DNA from: an uncultured Fidelibacterota bacterium
GTDB lineage: Bacteria; Fidelibacterota; Marinisomatia; Marinisomatales; Marinisomataceae
Direction: 5' to 3'
Length of the DNA stretch: 64,000 nucleotides
NCBI GenBank assembly: GCA_902599655.1
Contig: CACKGC010000002.1
Span: forward strand, 13,951 to 77,950
The notes below the pieces were generated by a model. The model had not been told where the DNA came from. It saw nothing but the letters and a program-made list of their open reading frames with translations, and ran no database searches. The position numbers and the translations under genes were made by a program. How positions within the stretch are numbered: position 1 is the stretch's first letter; each line of letters opens with the position of its first letter. This document shows, one piece after another, positions 20,287-30,493 of this stretch.

Positions 20287-21337
20287 AATTATATTTTTAT
20301 CTATTTATCTTTTTTTAGGGTGCATGAATGATCAAAGTGAAAACGTGCAAATATCATATTCAAAATCTACTGCTTTATCTAATGCAATAGAATTAGCAAG
20401 TCCAGGAGTTGTTGGAATTTATAGAAGTCAGGAGATTGTAATGAGAACTTGGAGAGGATATAGAAATCTTAAACCAGTATCATCAAATGGATCTGGCTTT
20501 ATTATAAGCGAAGACGGATATATTTTAACTAATGCACATAATATAAAAGATAATTTCCGTCCCTCTGTTATTACAACCGATATTAATATTACAGTAGTTG
20601 TCCCTGGAGGAGAGGCATATACTGCTTCAATTGTTGGTTTGGATATGATATCCGATATAGCATTATTAAAAATTGATGGAAAAAATTTTGATTATTGTAA
20701 TTTGGGAGATTCTGATGAAGTTCAAGTTGGAGAATGGGCAATAGCACTAGGAAATCCTCGTAATTTAATTTCTAACGCACAATATCAACCAATTGCTTCA
20801 GCAGGAATTGTTAGTGCCATCAATGCAGATTTCAGTCTTGATTCACAATCAGGAAAGTTATTGGATAATATGATTCAAACTGATGCATCATTAAACCCAG
20901 GAAATAGCGGCGGACCATTAATTGACTCAAATGGAGATGTAATAGGGATAAATACATTTATAAAAGCTGACTCACAAAACTTAGGATTTGCAATTCCAAT
21001 AAATTTTGCAAAGAAAATTGCTGACGAATTAAAACTTAAAGGAGTTATTGATAGAAGAGTCTCTTTTGGATTGTCTGCAACTCAATATATTTATGGAAAA
21101 AATCGAGACCAAGTAGGCTTATTTATTGATAAAGTGGATTATTCTGATTCTGCTAGAAATGAGGAGTTATTTAGAGGAGACATAATAGTGGCAGTTGAAG
21201 GATATAAGGTTGAATCACTTGAAGAAATCAAAGCAGTATTGATTAAATTAGACTTTAGGGCAGGGGATGAAATAAAGTTAACAGTAGTTAGAGAAAATGA
21301 TCTTTTTGATGTAAGTTTAACTTTAGGAGAAATATGA
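20276..21337 (+). CDS. HtrA/DegP-like serine protease with one PDZ domain, probable lipoprotein
   Basis: GSGFII, TNAH, SDIALLK, QTDASLNPGNSGGPL; lipobox-like FLGC. Confidence 0.9.
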   Translation: MKIKIIFLSIYLFLGCMNDQSENVQISYSKSTALSNAIELASPGVVGIYRSQEIVMRTWRGYRNLKPVSSNGSGFIISEDGYILTNAHNIKDNFRPSVITTDINITVVVPGGEAYTASIVGLDMISDIALLKIDGKNFDYCNLGDSDEVQVGEWAIALGNPRNLISNAQYQPIASAGIVSAINADFSLDSQSGKLLDNMIQTDASLNPGNSGGPLIDSNGDVIGINTFIKADSQNLGFAIPINFAKKIADELKLKGVIDRRVSFGLSATQYIYGKNRDQVGLFIDKVDYSDSARNEELFRGDIIVAVEGYKVESLEEIKAVLIKLDFRAGDEIKLTVVRENDLFDVSLTLGEI

Positions 21338-21612
21338 AAAATAGAAGCATAAAGCTAATTTTTTTTGGATTATGTTCCGGAGCAATTTTAGGTACATTAG
21401 TTGGTAATGTCCTGGCATTCCTATTACCTGATGGAAGCGCTGTAAAACAGTTCTTTCTCATCTCTTATGACTTTACTTTTGGTTCAATTAATAGTAATAA
21501 TTTAATTGATTTAGGGGTCATAGTAGTTGATTTTGGTTTTATTTTTAAATTCAATGTTTGTAGTATTATTGGTTTTGGTATTGCATATTATTTATTAAAA
21601 TACTTTAGATAA
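21334..21612 (+). CDS. Small membrane protein (DUF4321-like)
   Basis: GAILGTLVG...IDLGVIVVDFGFIFKFNVCSIIG pattern; two hydrophobic segments. Confidence 0.6.
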   Translation: MKNRSIKLIFFGLCSGAILGTLVGNVLAFLLPDGSAVKQFFLISYDFTFGSINSNNLIDLGVIVVDFGFIFKFNVCSIIGFGIAYYLLKYFR

Positions 21613-21627
21613 AATAAGAGGCTTTAT

Positions 21628-21804
21628 ATGTTTAATTTAGGTACTGGTGAATTAGTTTTAATTTTTTTAATTCTTTTACTTCTTTTTGGAGGTAAAAGAC
21701 TCCCTGGCATTGCTAGAGGCTTTGCAAATTCTTTAAGAGAATTTCGCGGTGCTCTAGATGATACTAAAGAAGAAATTAAAAAGTCAGAAAATTCTGATAA
21801 TTAA
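21628..21804 (+). CDS. tatA: Twin-arginine translocase TatA/TatE (58 aa, not in the ORF track)
   Basis: MFNLGTGELVLIFLILLLLFGGKRLPGIARGFANSLREFR; GAGG RBS. Confidence 0.95.
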   Translation: MFNLGTGELVLIFLILLLLFGGKRLPGIARGFANSLREFRGALDDTKEEIKKSENSDN

Positions 21805-21809
21805 CTTAG

Positions 21810-23171
21810 ATGAATCCATCTAATTCTTTAGAGCAGAAATTACTTATTGTAAAAGATAAAATTTCTGCTAGCAAGACAAATTCTGTTATAAGAAATCGTA
21901 TTAAACGTATTGATTTAAAAAAAACTAGAGAAGGTCTTTTAAAAGATAAAACATTTCTAATTAAAGATAATATTGCAATCAAGGATGAGCCTTTGACCTG
22001 TGCGTCAAGTATCCTGGAATCATATATTTCTCCATATAATGCAACAGTAATTGATAGAATTAACATTGAAGGAGGTGTTATCATTGGTCAAACTAATTGT
22101 GATGAGTTTGCAATGGGTTCATCTTCTGAATTTTCGATTTATGGATCTGTAAGAAATCCTTTTGACCACAATTTAGTTGCAGGAGGTTCTAGCGGTGGGT
22201 CTGCAGCAGCGATTGCTGAAGGTCTCTCTGACATTGCTTTGGGTTCTGATACAGGTGGTTCAGTAAGGCAGCCTGCTGCGTTTTGTGGTATCTACGGTTT
22301 AAAACCATCTTACGGAAGAATATCCAGATATGGCTTAGTAGCTCATGCATCATCTTTCGATACAATAGGTATTATGTCTAAGTCTATTGTAGATGTTTAT
22401 AACACTTTTTGTACAATTTCAGGTCAAGATCATAAAGATTCAACTAGCGTAGATGTTAACGTTCCTAAAAATCCATCTTTTGAAGATTCAAAACTTCCTA
22501 AATCAGTCGGAGTAGTTTCTGATAAAATTCTAAAAAATATAAATGTTGAAATAGCAGGAAAATATCGCCAGTTAGTTGATTACTTTAAGTCAAAAAAAGT
22601 AAAAATAATTGAAATTGATTTACCTTATTTCAATTATTGTATACCTGCATACTATGTTTTAACTATGGCTGAAGCTTCGTCAAATTTATCAAGATTTGAT
22701 GGAGTAAGGTATGGTAATAGAGCCAATACAAAAGACCTCTCAGAGCTTTATATTGAAACTAGGTCAAAAGGATTTTCAGACGAGGTAAAAAGAAGAATTA
22801 TGACTGGAACTTATGTTCTCTCCTCAGGGTATTATGAAGCATACTTTTCAAAAGCTTTAAAAGTCAGAAGATTAATAAAAAATGGTTATTCAGAATTATT
22901 TAATAGATGCGAAAATTTATTAATACCTACTACTCCTGAATTACCGTTTAAACTTAAAAATAATTTAGAAGATCCATTGAAAATGTATTTATCTGATATG
23001 TTTACTGTTCCCATAAATTTAGCTGGAATAGCTTCGCTAAATATTCCAGCCGGGTTTTCATCTGACAATCTTCCAATTGGACTTCAATTAGTTTCTAATT
23101 CTTTTAAAGAGGAAACTTTATTCAGTTTAGCTCATATATTAGATGAAGAGGAAATTTTTGAAGCAAATTAA
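21810..23171 (+). CDS. gatA: Asp/Glu-tRNA amidotransferase subunit A
   Basis: IKDNI, NCDEFAMGSS, GGSSGGS, GSDTGGSVRQPA, SSNLSRFDG, EVKRRIMTG. Confidence 0.96.
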   Translation: MNPSNSLEQKLLIVKDKISASKTNSVIRNRIKRIDLKKTREGLLKDKTFLIKDNIAIKDEPLTCASSILESYISPYNATVIDRINIEGGVIIGQTNCDEFAMGSSSEFSIYGSVRNPFDHNLVAGGSSGGSAAAIAEGLSDIALGSDTGGSVRQPAAFCGIYGLKPSYGRISRYGLVAHASSFDTIGIMSKSIVDVYNTFCTISGQDHKDSTSVDVNVPKNPSFEDSKLPKSVGVVSDKILKNINVEIAGKYRQLVDYFKSKKVKIIEIDLPYFNYCIPAYYVLTMAEASSNLSRFDGVRYGNRANTKDLSELYIETRSKGFSDEVKRRIMTGTYVLSSGYYEAYFSKALKVRRLIKNGYSELFNRCENLLIPTTPELPFKLKNNLEDPLKMYLSDMFTVPINLAGIASLNIPAGFSSDNLPIGLQLVSNSFKEETLFSLAHILDEEEIFEAN

Positions 23172-24136
23172 TGGAATTTTTATACCCAAATTTTTTATTT
23201 ATAATACCATTGTTTTTGGTTTTAATAATTTTTAAAAAATTTTTTTTCAAAAAATCTACATCTATTCAAGTTTCCAATTTTAACAGTCTTAAAAATTTCT
23301 TCGGATATCAGGGTAAGGTTAAAGTATTTTTAATTAATTCTCTCTTTATTATTGCATTAGTTTCGATCATAATAGGTTTAGCAAGACCTAGAATCTCCTC
23401 TGTTGATAAAGATATAACAGTAGAGGTTATAGACATCGTTCTTGTATTAGATACAAGCAGTAGTATGCTTGCAGATGACTTTAAGCCCAATAGATTGGAA
23501 GCTGTTAAAGATGCTGCGAAAGAATTTATTGAAAATAGAAACGGAGATAGAATCGGTTTATTGGTTTTTGGTAAGGACACTTTTATACAATGTCCGTTAA
23601 CAATTGACTATAGTGTTTTAAATAATTTATTGTCTGAAGTTACTGTGATGGAGCCTAAATATGATGGAACAGCAATAGGTGTTGCTATTGCAAATGGAGT
23701 AAATAGGCTCAGAAACAGTGATTCAGAAAGTAAAGTAATAATTCTACTTTCAGACGGAAGTAATAATGTAGGTTCTATTGATCCAATTTCAGCAGCAAAA
23801 ATTGCAAAAGAATATAATATTAAAGTTTATACAATCGGAGCAGGAACCAACCAATCTATCACCCAGATACCTGGAAGAGGGTTTGTAAGAAATGAAATTG
23901 ATGAAGAAACCTTGAAAGGAATAGCTGAAGTAACAAATGCAAAATATTTTAGGGCTACAGACAAAGAAAGCTTGTCCGGAATCTATTCAGAAATTGATAA
24001 TTTAGAAAAATCCGAAATTACTGTAAGTTATTTTTCAAGTTATCAAGAAATCTATATTTGGTTTCTTTCTCTTGGATTTTTCTTGCTCATAATTCATGAA
24101 ATTTTAAGATCATATTATTTCAGGAGAGTTATATGA
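23171..24136 (+). CDS. batA: BatA-like VWA-domain protein
   Basis: LARP, MIDAS DTSSSM, PNRL, CPLT, GTAIG, LLSDG. Confidence 0.88.
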   Translation: MEFLYPNFLFIIPLFLVLIIFKKFFFKKSTSIQVSNFNSLKNFFGYQGKVKVFLINSLFIIALVSIIIGLARPRISSVDKDITVEVIDIVLVLDTSSSMLADDFKPNRLEAVKDAAKEFIENRNGDRIGLLVFGKDTFIQCPLTIDYSVLNNLLSEVTVMEPKYDGTAIGVAIANGVNRLRNSDSESKVIILLSDGSNNVGSIDPISAAKIAKEYNIKVYTIGAGTNQSITQIPGRGFVRNEIDEETLKGIAEVTNAKYFRATDKESLSGIYSEIDNLEKSEITVSYFSSYQEIYIWFLSLGFFLLIIHEILRSYYFRRVI

Positions 24137-25128
24137 TCTTTGAATATTTAAACTTTGCTTTTATTTGTTTAGTTGTGTTTTTTTTAACGATAATTTTTTC
24201 ATTTTATAGATCAAGTAAATATAGAATTTTTGATAACAAAAATTTTTCAAAAAACTTCATTAATAGTTTATTTATTGGCAATTCAAGCACGATTACATTA
24301 AAAATCCTCCTTAGATTGATAGGAATTTTTAGTTTAATAATTGCTATTTCAGGAATAAAGACAGGAGTAACTGTAAAACCGGTTGAAAGAAAAGGTGTTG
24401 ATATAGTTTTTTGTGTTGATGTTTCTTTAAGTATGGATGCTCAAGATATTAAACCTTCAAGAATTGATAAGGTTAAATTTGAACTATCAAAAATCGTTGA
24501 TAGTCTTGAAGGGGATAGAATTGGCGTTGTAGTTTTTTCTGGCTCAAATTTCCTTTATCTTCCTTTAACAATGGACTACGACGCATCAAAGCTTTTTATT
24601 AAAAGCATTGATACTTCAATGATATCTTCAAGAGGTACTGATATACCGAACGCAATAAAAACCTCAGTTGAGGCTTTTGATAATGAAGATGATCAACAAA
24701 AAATGATTTTTCTTTTTACAGATGGTGAAGATCACAGCGATTTGTCCATTGATGATATATCTTACTTAGTTGAAGGTAAAATTGATCTGCACGTTATTGG
24801 CGTAGGGAGTTCAAAAGGATCACTAATTCCGATTCGCAGTAAGCAAAACTCTTTCTTAAAAGATGAGTCAGGTGAATTAGTCCTCTCAAAAATAAATTTA
24901 AATTTTTTAAGAGAAATATCGTTATTAAACAATGGAAAATTATTACGTATCTCAAAGAGTGAGCCAATAAGCGAAAATATTATAGATATTATAAAAAAGG
25001 GGGAAGACTCTTTAATCAGTTCATTTGAATTTTCAGACTATGAACATAAATTTCAGTATCCATTAGCAGTTGCAATATTACTTCTAATGATTTCTTATTT
25101 AATTTCGTCAGGTAAAAGAAAAATATGA
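24133..25128 (+). CDS. batB: BatB-like VWA-domain protein
   Basis: GVDIVFCVDVSLSM, PSR, GDRIG, LPLTMD, TDGEDH. Confidence 0.85.
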   Translation: MIFEYLNFAFICLVVFFLTIIFSFYRSSKYRIFDNKNFSKNFINSLFIGNSSTITLKILLRLIGIFSLIIAISGIKTGVTVKPVERKGVDIVFCVDVSLSMDAQDIKPSRIDKVKFELSKIVDSLEGDRIGVVVFSGSNFLYLPLTMDYDASKLFIKSIDTSMISSRGTDIPNAIKTSVEAFDNEDDQQKMIFLFTDGEDHSDLSIDDISYLVEGKIDLHVIGVGSSKGSLIPIRSKQNSFLKDESGELVLSKINLNFLREISLLNNGKLLRISKSEPISENIIDIIKKGEDSLISSFEFSDYEHKFQYPLAVAILLLMISYLISSGKRKI

Positions 25129-25853
25129 GATTTTTAATAATTATATTACTTTTTTCAAAAGTTGTATCACAGGATATAGGACAAAAAATGATTGATAATG
25201 GAGATTATGAATCAGCTCTAAATTATTATCAATATTTACTAAATGAAGAGAATTTATCTAAAGATGATATTATCTACAATCTAGCTACAATATATTCATC
25301 CATAGATAGTCTAAAAAAAGCAGAAGAGTTTTTTGATTATGCTATGCAAGATAGTTTAAATCCATCTTCAGAATTAAGTTATAATCGAGGAAATTTGCTT
25401 TATAAATCAAAAATGTTAGATGAAAGTTTGAAATCTTTCAGAGATGCACTTCTTAAAAATCCTGAAGATAATGATGCAAGAAAAAACTATGAATTTGTAA
25501 AGAATGAAATTGAAAAAAATCAACGAGCTCAACAACAGAATCAAGACCAGAATGATAATAGCGAAGATTCAGAAAATAATGAAAACAACCAAAACGAAGA
25601 TAAGAATCAACAAAACAAAAATAAGGATGATAATTCGAATAATTCAGATAGAAATCCCGAAAAAAATAATAATGATGATGGTCCAAAAAATCAAGATACA
25701 TCACAATCTAAACAGCAGGAAAATAACGAAGAAAAACAAATTGAAATTGATCAAAATGTTGAAAATATTTTAAATGCTATGAAAGAGAATGAAAAAGTGA
25801 ATAAAAAGCGAAAACAAAACAATTTCTCTAACGAAAGTGGAAAAGAATGGTAA
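25125..25853 (+). CDS. batC: BatC-like TPR protein with Q/N/D-rich linker
   Basis: YNRGN, ALLKNPEDNDARKNYE, low-complexity tract, C-terminal KEW. Confidence 0.82.
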   Translation: MRFLIIILLFSKVVSQDIGQKMIDNGDYESALNYYQYLLNEENLSKDDIIYNLATIYSSIDSLKKAEEFFDYAMQDSLNPSSELSYNRGNLLYKSKMLDESLKSFRDALLKNPEDNDARKNYEFVKNEIEKNQRAQQQNQDQNDNSEDSENNENNQNEDKNQQNKNKDDNSNNSDRNPEKNNNDDGPKNQDTSQSKQQENNEEKQIEIDQNVENILNAMKENEKVNKKRKQNNFSNESGKEW

Positions 25854-27553
25854 GAATTTTTTTTCTCATTATTTCACTCATAGGTTTTATAAATGCGCAA
25901 GAAATAACATCTTCAGTTTCAACCAAAAATATAAGTATTACTGAGTCAATTATTTTTACAATTAAAATTTCGAATATTGATGAAAATCCGTCAGTTGATG
26001 TATCAAAAATAGAAGATTCTTTTTCAATTATTTCAGGTCCAAATATTGGAAGTGAGTACAGGTATGTCAACGGAGATAGAAGCTCTTCAAGGTCTATTTC
26101 TTGGACCTTAATTGCAAAAAAGCACGGAACTCTTAAAATTCCATCCTTGAAGGTTAGTATTGGTCAAAAAATATTAATAACCGAACCACACCAAATTCAA
26201 GTCTCAAAAGAAACTGATAATCAAATTACAAAAGATCTTTTTCTGGAACTTAAAGTAAGTACAAATGAAGCTTATGTTGGACAGCAAATTAAATTAACAT
26301 ATACTTTTTACACCAGAGTAGCATCAAAGGTATTATCCACAGAATTTCCTGAATATAATGACTTTTGGGTTGAAAAATTATTTGATCCTGTAGGTATACA
26401 ATTTACTCCAGAAAGTTGGACTGATATAGAAATTGATGGATATAATTACAAATCTTTAAAAATCTATGAAGTAGCTTTATTTCCAATTGAAGAAGGAATT
26501 TATAATCTTGAGTCAATGATTATGAAGATTGAGACAAAAAACAAAGACTCATCATTTAATAGGCTTTTTTGGGATGATCCATTTTTTGATACATTTTCTC
26601 AAAGAACTAGGGCTAAACTGCTTGTTTCTGATCCAGTTTCAATCAAGGTATTGCCTCTACAAAATATCCCAGAAAATTTTACTGGTGCAGTTGGTGATTT
26701 TACACTCAATTCATCGCTTTCAAATTCAAATATTGACGAAGGATCTCCCGTAGTATTTACGGTGACTTTAAAGGGAGAAGGAAATCTTTCTAATATAGGA
26801 AGACCAAAAATAGTATTTCCAGAGGATTTTGATATTTTTGAAGGTGAAACCAAAATTGAAAAAAATATTACCGATGATTTTTCTGGCTCGATTACCTGGG
26901 AGTACAATTTAATTCCTAGAAAAGACGGCTCGTATATTATTGATTCAATTGAAATACCTTTTTTTAGTTCGGATACTAAATCATGGACAAAAGCATTATC
27001 ACAAAATATAAATTTAAATGTTAACAAGAGTACAATTTTTGATATATCTGATAAAGAAATTTTGAATTCAAATTCAAATCTGATTAGATATATTAGAGTA
27101 GGTGAACAGAACTGGCTATCTTCATCAAAATTCAAAATTCAAAATTCGATTTTCTATATACTTTTTATAGCCTTAATATTATTTATAATACCGTATTTTG
27201 AATCAAGCTTTAGAAATCTTAGAGGATATATAAATCAATATATAAAATTGAATACTGCTTTAAATAATTCTTTAAAAAACCTTGATTTATCACATTCAAT
27301 ATATGAGGACGGAATAAAAATCATCAAAAAATATTTTAATCAAAAGAATATTTTAAGTTCAATAAATATTGATATCACCTCATTAAAAAGTATTTTAAAA
27401 GATAAAATTAAATCAAATGATTTTGATGCTATTTCAAAGCTTTTGGATGAATTTCAAGCTAAATCATATTCTCAGCTTAAAGATGATAAAGATGAAGAGA
27501 ATATTAAGAAATCTTTAAAGAAAATTTTAAGAAGGATTGATGAATATGTATAA
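25847..27553 (+). CDS. batD: BatD family protein
   Basis: AYVGQQ, FTGAVGDF, GEGNL; operon position. Confidence 0.85.
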   Translation: MVRIFFLIISLIGFINAQEITSSVSTKNISITESIIFTIKISNIDENPSVDVSKIEDSFSIISGPNIGSEYRYVNGDRSSSRSISWTLIAKKHGTLKIPSLKVSIGQKILITEPHQIQVSKETDNQITKDLFLELKVSTNEAYVGQQIKLTYTFYTRVASKVLSTEFPEYNDFWVEKLFDPVGIQFTPESWTDIEIDGYNYKSLKIYEVALFPIEEGIYNLESMIMKIETKNKDSSFNRLFWDDPFFDTFSQRTRAKLLVSDPVSIKVLPLQNIPENFTGAVGDFTLNSSLSNSNIDEGSPVVFTVTLKGEGNLSNIGRPKIVFPEDFDIFEGETKIEKNITDDFSGSITWEYNLIPRKDGSYIIDSIEIPFFSSDTKSWTKALSQNINLNVNKSTIFDISDKEILNSNSNLIRYIRVGEQNWLSSSKFKIQNSIFYILFIALILFIIPYFESSFRNLRGYINQYIKLNTALNNSLKNLDLSHSIYEDGIKIIKKYFNQKNILSSINIDITSLKSILKDKIKSNDFDAISKLLDEFQAKSYSQLKDDKDEENIKKSLKKILRRIDEYV

Positions 27554-28286
27554 AGTTATCATTATAATCTTCTTTAATTTGACAATTGTTTTCTCACAAA
27601 ACATCAATGAGCTTTTTGATAATGGAAATGAATTTTATAGTCAAAATAATTATAAAGAAGCAATTTCAAATTATGAAAAGATATTAGAAAATGGCTATTT
27701 TTCAGAGGATTTATATTTGAATTTAGGTAATGCTTATTTTCATGAATCCAATTTTGGCAAAGCTAGATGGTCATATGAAATGGGTTTAAAATTAAATCCA
27801 ATCAATTCTGATTTGAAAAATAACAACAATGTTAATAAAGCATATATTGATGGCTACATTGAGTTACCTAAAAATAACTTAATTGATATAATAAATATTT
27901 TTTTTCAATCACTCTCACTTAGCCAATTTCTTTTGATTAATTCATATTTTATTCTTTTTTCTGCTGTATCATTTTTTTTGATGAAAGTATTTCAATTGCA
28001 AGTGTTTAAAAGAATTTTTTATTTGATGTCAATAATCGTATTTACATCGGTTTTAATTACTATTACTAAAAATATTTGGGATCAAAATAATTTATATGCA
28101 ATTATTGTAGATGAAGAAGTTATAGTTTATTCTGCTCCTTTTTTAAATCAAGCAATTGAGCAGTCAGTATTTTATAGAGGAAATAAAGTGAAAATTCATC
28201 AAAAAACTGATGTGTGGATTGAAGTTTCAACTTTTGATGGAAGAAAAGGTTGGATTCAAGCTCTAGATGTTAGAAATTTGTATTAA
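27546..28286 (+). CDS. batE: BatE-like TPR + SH3 protein
   Basis: GNEFY, LYLNLGNAY, C-terminal W...GRKGWI; start moved to ATG 27546. Confidence 0.82.
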   Translation: MYKVIIIIFFNLTIVFSQNINELFDNGNEFYSQNNYKEAISNYEKILENGYFSEDLYLNLGNAYFHESNFGKARWSYEMGLKLNPINSDLKNNNNVNKAYIDGYIELPKNNLIDIINIFFQSLSLSQFLLINSYFILFSAVSFFLMKVFQLQVFKRIFYLMSIIVFTSVLITITKNIWDQNNLYAIIVDEEVIVYSAPFLNQAIEQSVFYRGNKVKIHQKTDVWIEVSTFDGRKGWIQALDVRNLY

Positions 28287-28287
28287 T

Positions 28288-28701
28288 ATGAGATATTTTT
28301 TAATCCTTTTCTTTATTAGTAACGCACTTTGCCAATCTGACTTTTTAAAGCCAAGTGATTTCAATGATAATCCACCAAAATTTCCTACCGTCAATTTACC
28401 TTCATTTTCTAGTCAAGATGAAATAGAAGACATTTCCTTAACTGATGAAATTAATTTAATAAAGGGATATAGAGTTCAAATTGTTATTTCGCAAAACGAA
28501 CAGGAACTACAAGATATTAAGACTGAAATTGAAAAATCAATTAATGAGCAAATTTACATTATTTTTGAATTACCAAATTATAAATTAAGAGTTGGAAATT
28601 TCGTTAATAGGAAAGAGGCTGAAAGTTTTCAGAAAAAAATTGTGAGATTAGGTTATAGAACAGCCTGGGTTGTTCCCACGATGATTGAAAAGGATGATTG
28701 A
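28288..28701 (+). CDS. SPOR-domain secreted protein
   Basis: Signal peptide; GYRVQI...PNYKLRVGNF...AWVVP. Confidence 0.8.
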   Translation: MRYFLILFFISNALCQSDFLKPSDFNDNPPKFPTVNLPSFSSQDEIEDISLTDEINLIKGYRVQIVISQNEQELQDIKTEIEKSINEQIYIIFELPNYKLRVGNFVNRKEAESFQKKIVRLGYRTAWVVPTMIEKDD

Positions 28702-29429
28702 TGGCTGGTCATAGTAAGTGGTCAACCATAAAACGAAAAAAAGGTGCTCTCGATCAGAAGAGAGGCAAGATTTTCTCAACAATTAGTAAAGAGATAACTG
28801 TATCTTCAAGATTGGGTGGAAAAGATATTGATTCAAACCCGAGACTGCGACAGGCAGTAAAGAAAGCAAAGTCATTAAACATGCCAAACTCCAATATTGA
28901 TAAAGCAATTAAAAAAGGTGTTGGAGAATTAGATAATGTAACTATTGAAGAGGTATCATATGAAGGATATGGACCTTTTGGAGTAGCAATACTTATAGAA
29001 GCAATAACGGATAATAAAAATAGAACAGTTGCCGATATTAGGCATGCACTTTCAAAATTTGGCGGTTCGCTTGGTCAAGCTGGTAGCGTGTCTTGGAATT
29101 TTGAAAGAAACGGTATAATTCTTATTGATAAAAATGAAATTTCTGAAAATAAAATCTTTGAATTTTCAATTGAAAATGATTGCATTGAATTTTTTGAAGA
29201 TGAAGACTGTTATAGATTGCATTTCAATTCAAATGATCTTTATAACAAGCTTGATGTTCTCGAAAAATTAAGTATTAAGGTAGATTCTTCTTTTTTGGCA
29301 TATGTTCCTAAGGATGAAATAGGTTTAAGTGAAGATGAAAATCAAAAAGTTGAAAAATTATTAGAATTCTTAGATGATTTAGAGGATGTGCAAAATGTTT
29401 TTTCAAACCAAACACTAGGAAAAAGCTAA
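28701..29429 (+). CDS. yebC: YebC/PmpR family protein
   Basis: MAGHSKWSTIK, YEGYGP, TDNKNRT, DDLEDVQNV. Confidence 0.96.
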   Translation: MAGHSKWSTIKRKKGALDQKRGKIFSTISKEITVSSRLGGKDIDSNPRLRQAVKKAKSLNMPNSNIDKAIKKGVGELDNVTIEEVSYEGYGPFGVAILIEAITDNKNRTVADIRHALSKFGGSLGQAGSVSWNFERNGIILIDKNEISENKIFEFSIENDCIEFFEDEDCYRLHFNSNDLYNKLDVLEKLSIKVDSSFLAYVPKDEIGLSEDENQKVEKLLEFLDDLEDVQNVFSNQTLGKS

Positions 29430-29899
29430 TGGTAATTATTGGATTTGATCCAGGGTTAACTAATACAGGTTATGCTGTTTTAAGAAAAAAAAATAACGAA
29501 ATAACAATGGTTGAGTGCGGATTAATTAGTCCTAAAAAAGGAAAAGAAGTTTCGGAAAGATTATATACTATATTTTTTGAAACAAATAACCTAATAAAAA
29601 AATTTAAACCAGAAGTTTTATATGTTGAAAATGTCTTTTATGGAAAAAATGTTCAATCAGCAATTAAGTTAGGTCAGGCAAAGTCATCAGTGATGCTTGC
29701 AGCAGAGCATAATAATATTGTATCAAAAGAATTTAGCCCAAGAGAAATAAAGCAATCAATTGTCGGTAATGGTTCAGCGTCAAAAGAACAGGTTGCATTT
29801 ATGGTAAAAAAAATATTTAAATTAGATGATAAAGTTTTAAAGAAAAATGATATCTCCGATGCAATTGCGGTTGCGTGGTGCGGAATAAATAGGACATAG
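29429..29899 (+). CDS. ruvC: Holliday junction resolvase RuvC
   Basis: GFDPG, VENVF, KLGQA, GNGSASKEQV, DISDAIAVA. Confidence 0.96.
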   Translation: MVIIGFDPGLTNTGYAVLRKKNNEITMVECGLISPKKGKEVSERLYTIFFETNNLIKKFKPEVLYVENVFYGKNVQSAIKLGQAKSSVMLAAEHNNIVSKEFSPREIKQSIVGNGSASKEQVAFMVKKIFKLDDKVLKKNDISDAIAVAWCGINRT

Positions 29900-30493
29900 A
29901 TGATTAATTCAATTTCAGGAAAAATTTTCAAAAAAGAACCAACTACATTATACATTGAAAATAATGGCATAGTTTTTAGTATTTCAATTTGTTTAAGAGA
30001 TTATGAAAAATTGCCATCAGAAAATGAAAATATTTTTATATATACATATCTTAATGTAAAAGAAAATTTAATGGAGCTTTATGGGTTTATGGATTTAGAA
30101 CGAAGATCTCTTTTTTTAAATTTAATTGATGTATCCGGAATTGGGCCTAGAACTGCTATCAACCTTCTTTCAAACGCATCTGTATCAAGCTTCAAGGATA
30201 ACATTGTGTCTGAAGACGTTAAATCGCTCAGTCTTATTCCTGGAATAGGTCCTAAAACAGCAAAAAGAATAATTTTAGATATTAAGGAGAAGATAACATC
30301 AACACCAATTTCAACGCAAAACCTTGATAATGATAAGTTAGACTTTTCTTACGATGATATTTATACTGCACTCTCTTCATTGGGATATAAGAAGTCACAA
30401 ATTGACAAGGCAGTAAAAAAATTAAATGATGAAGGTTCATACGAAGGTGATATTGAAAATGTAATTAAAAGAATTTTGGCTATCATTCGATGA
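29900..30493 (+). CDS. ruvA: Holliday junction DNA helicase subunit RuvA
   Basis: LYGF, VSGIGPRTA, IPGIGPKTAKRI, ALSSLGY. Confidence 0.96.
   Translation: MINSISGKIFKKEPTTLYIENNGIVFSISICLRDYEKLPSENENIFIYTYLNVKENLMELYGFMDLERRSLFLNLIDVSGIGPRTAINLLSNASVSSFKDNIVSEDVKSLSLIPGIGPKTAKRIILDIKEKITSTPISTQNLDNDKLDFSYDDIYTALSSLGYKKSQIDKAVKKLNDEGSYEGDIENVIKRILAIIR

Noticed and set aside
21258-21265. KOPS-like GGGCAGGG on the + strand
   Set aside because: I noticed only one occurrence; it cannot be told from chance without genome-wide skew.
25504-25773. Alternative-frame K/I/M-rich ORF inside batC
   Set aside because: By-product of the low-complexity Asn/Asp/Gln linker; no sign of a frameshift.
18161-28286. 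Very low-GC stretches (lnt, end of batD, batE) as a possible foreign island
   Set aside because: Genes are syntenic core functions with no integrase, repeats or tRNA border; composition fits weakly constrained membrane or low-expression genes.
29429-30493. ruvB absent after ruvC-ruvA; also gatA without gatB/C, no tuf after fusA, no adk after secY
   Set aside because: These split arrangements are common in FCB-group genomes; absence from one window is not evidence of loss.
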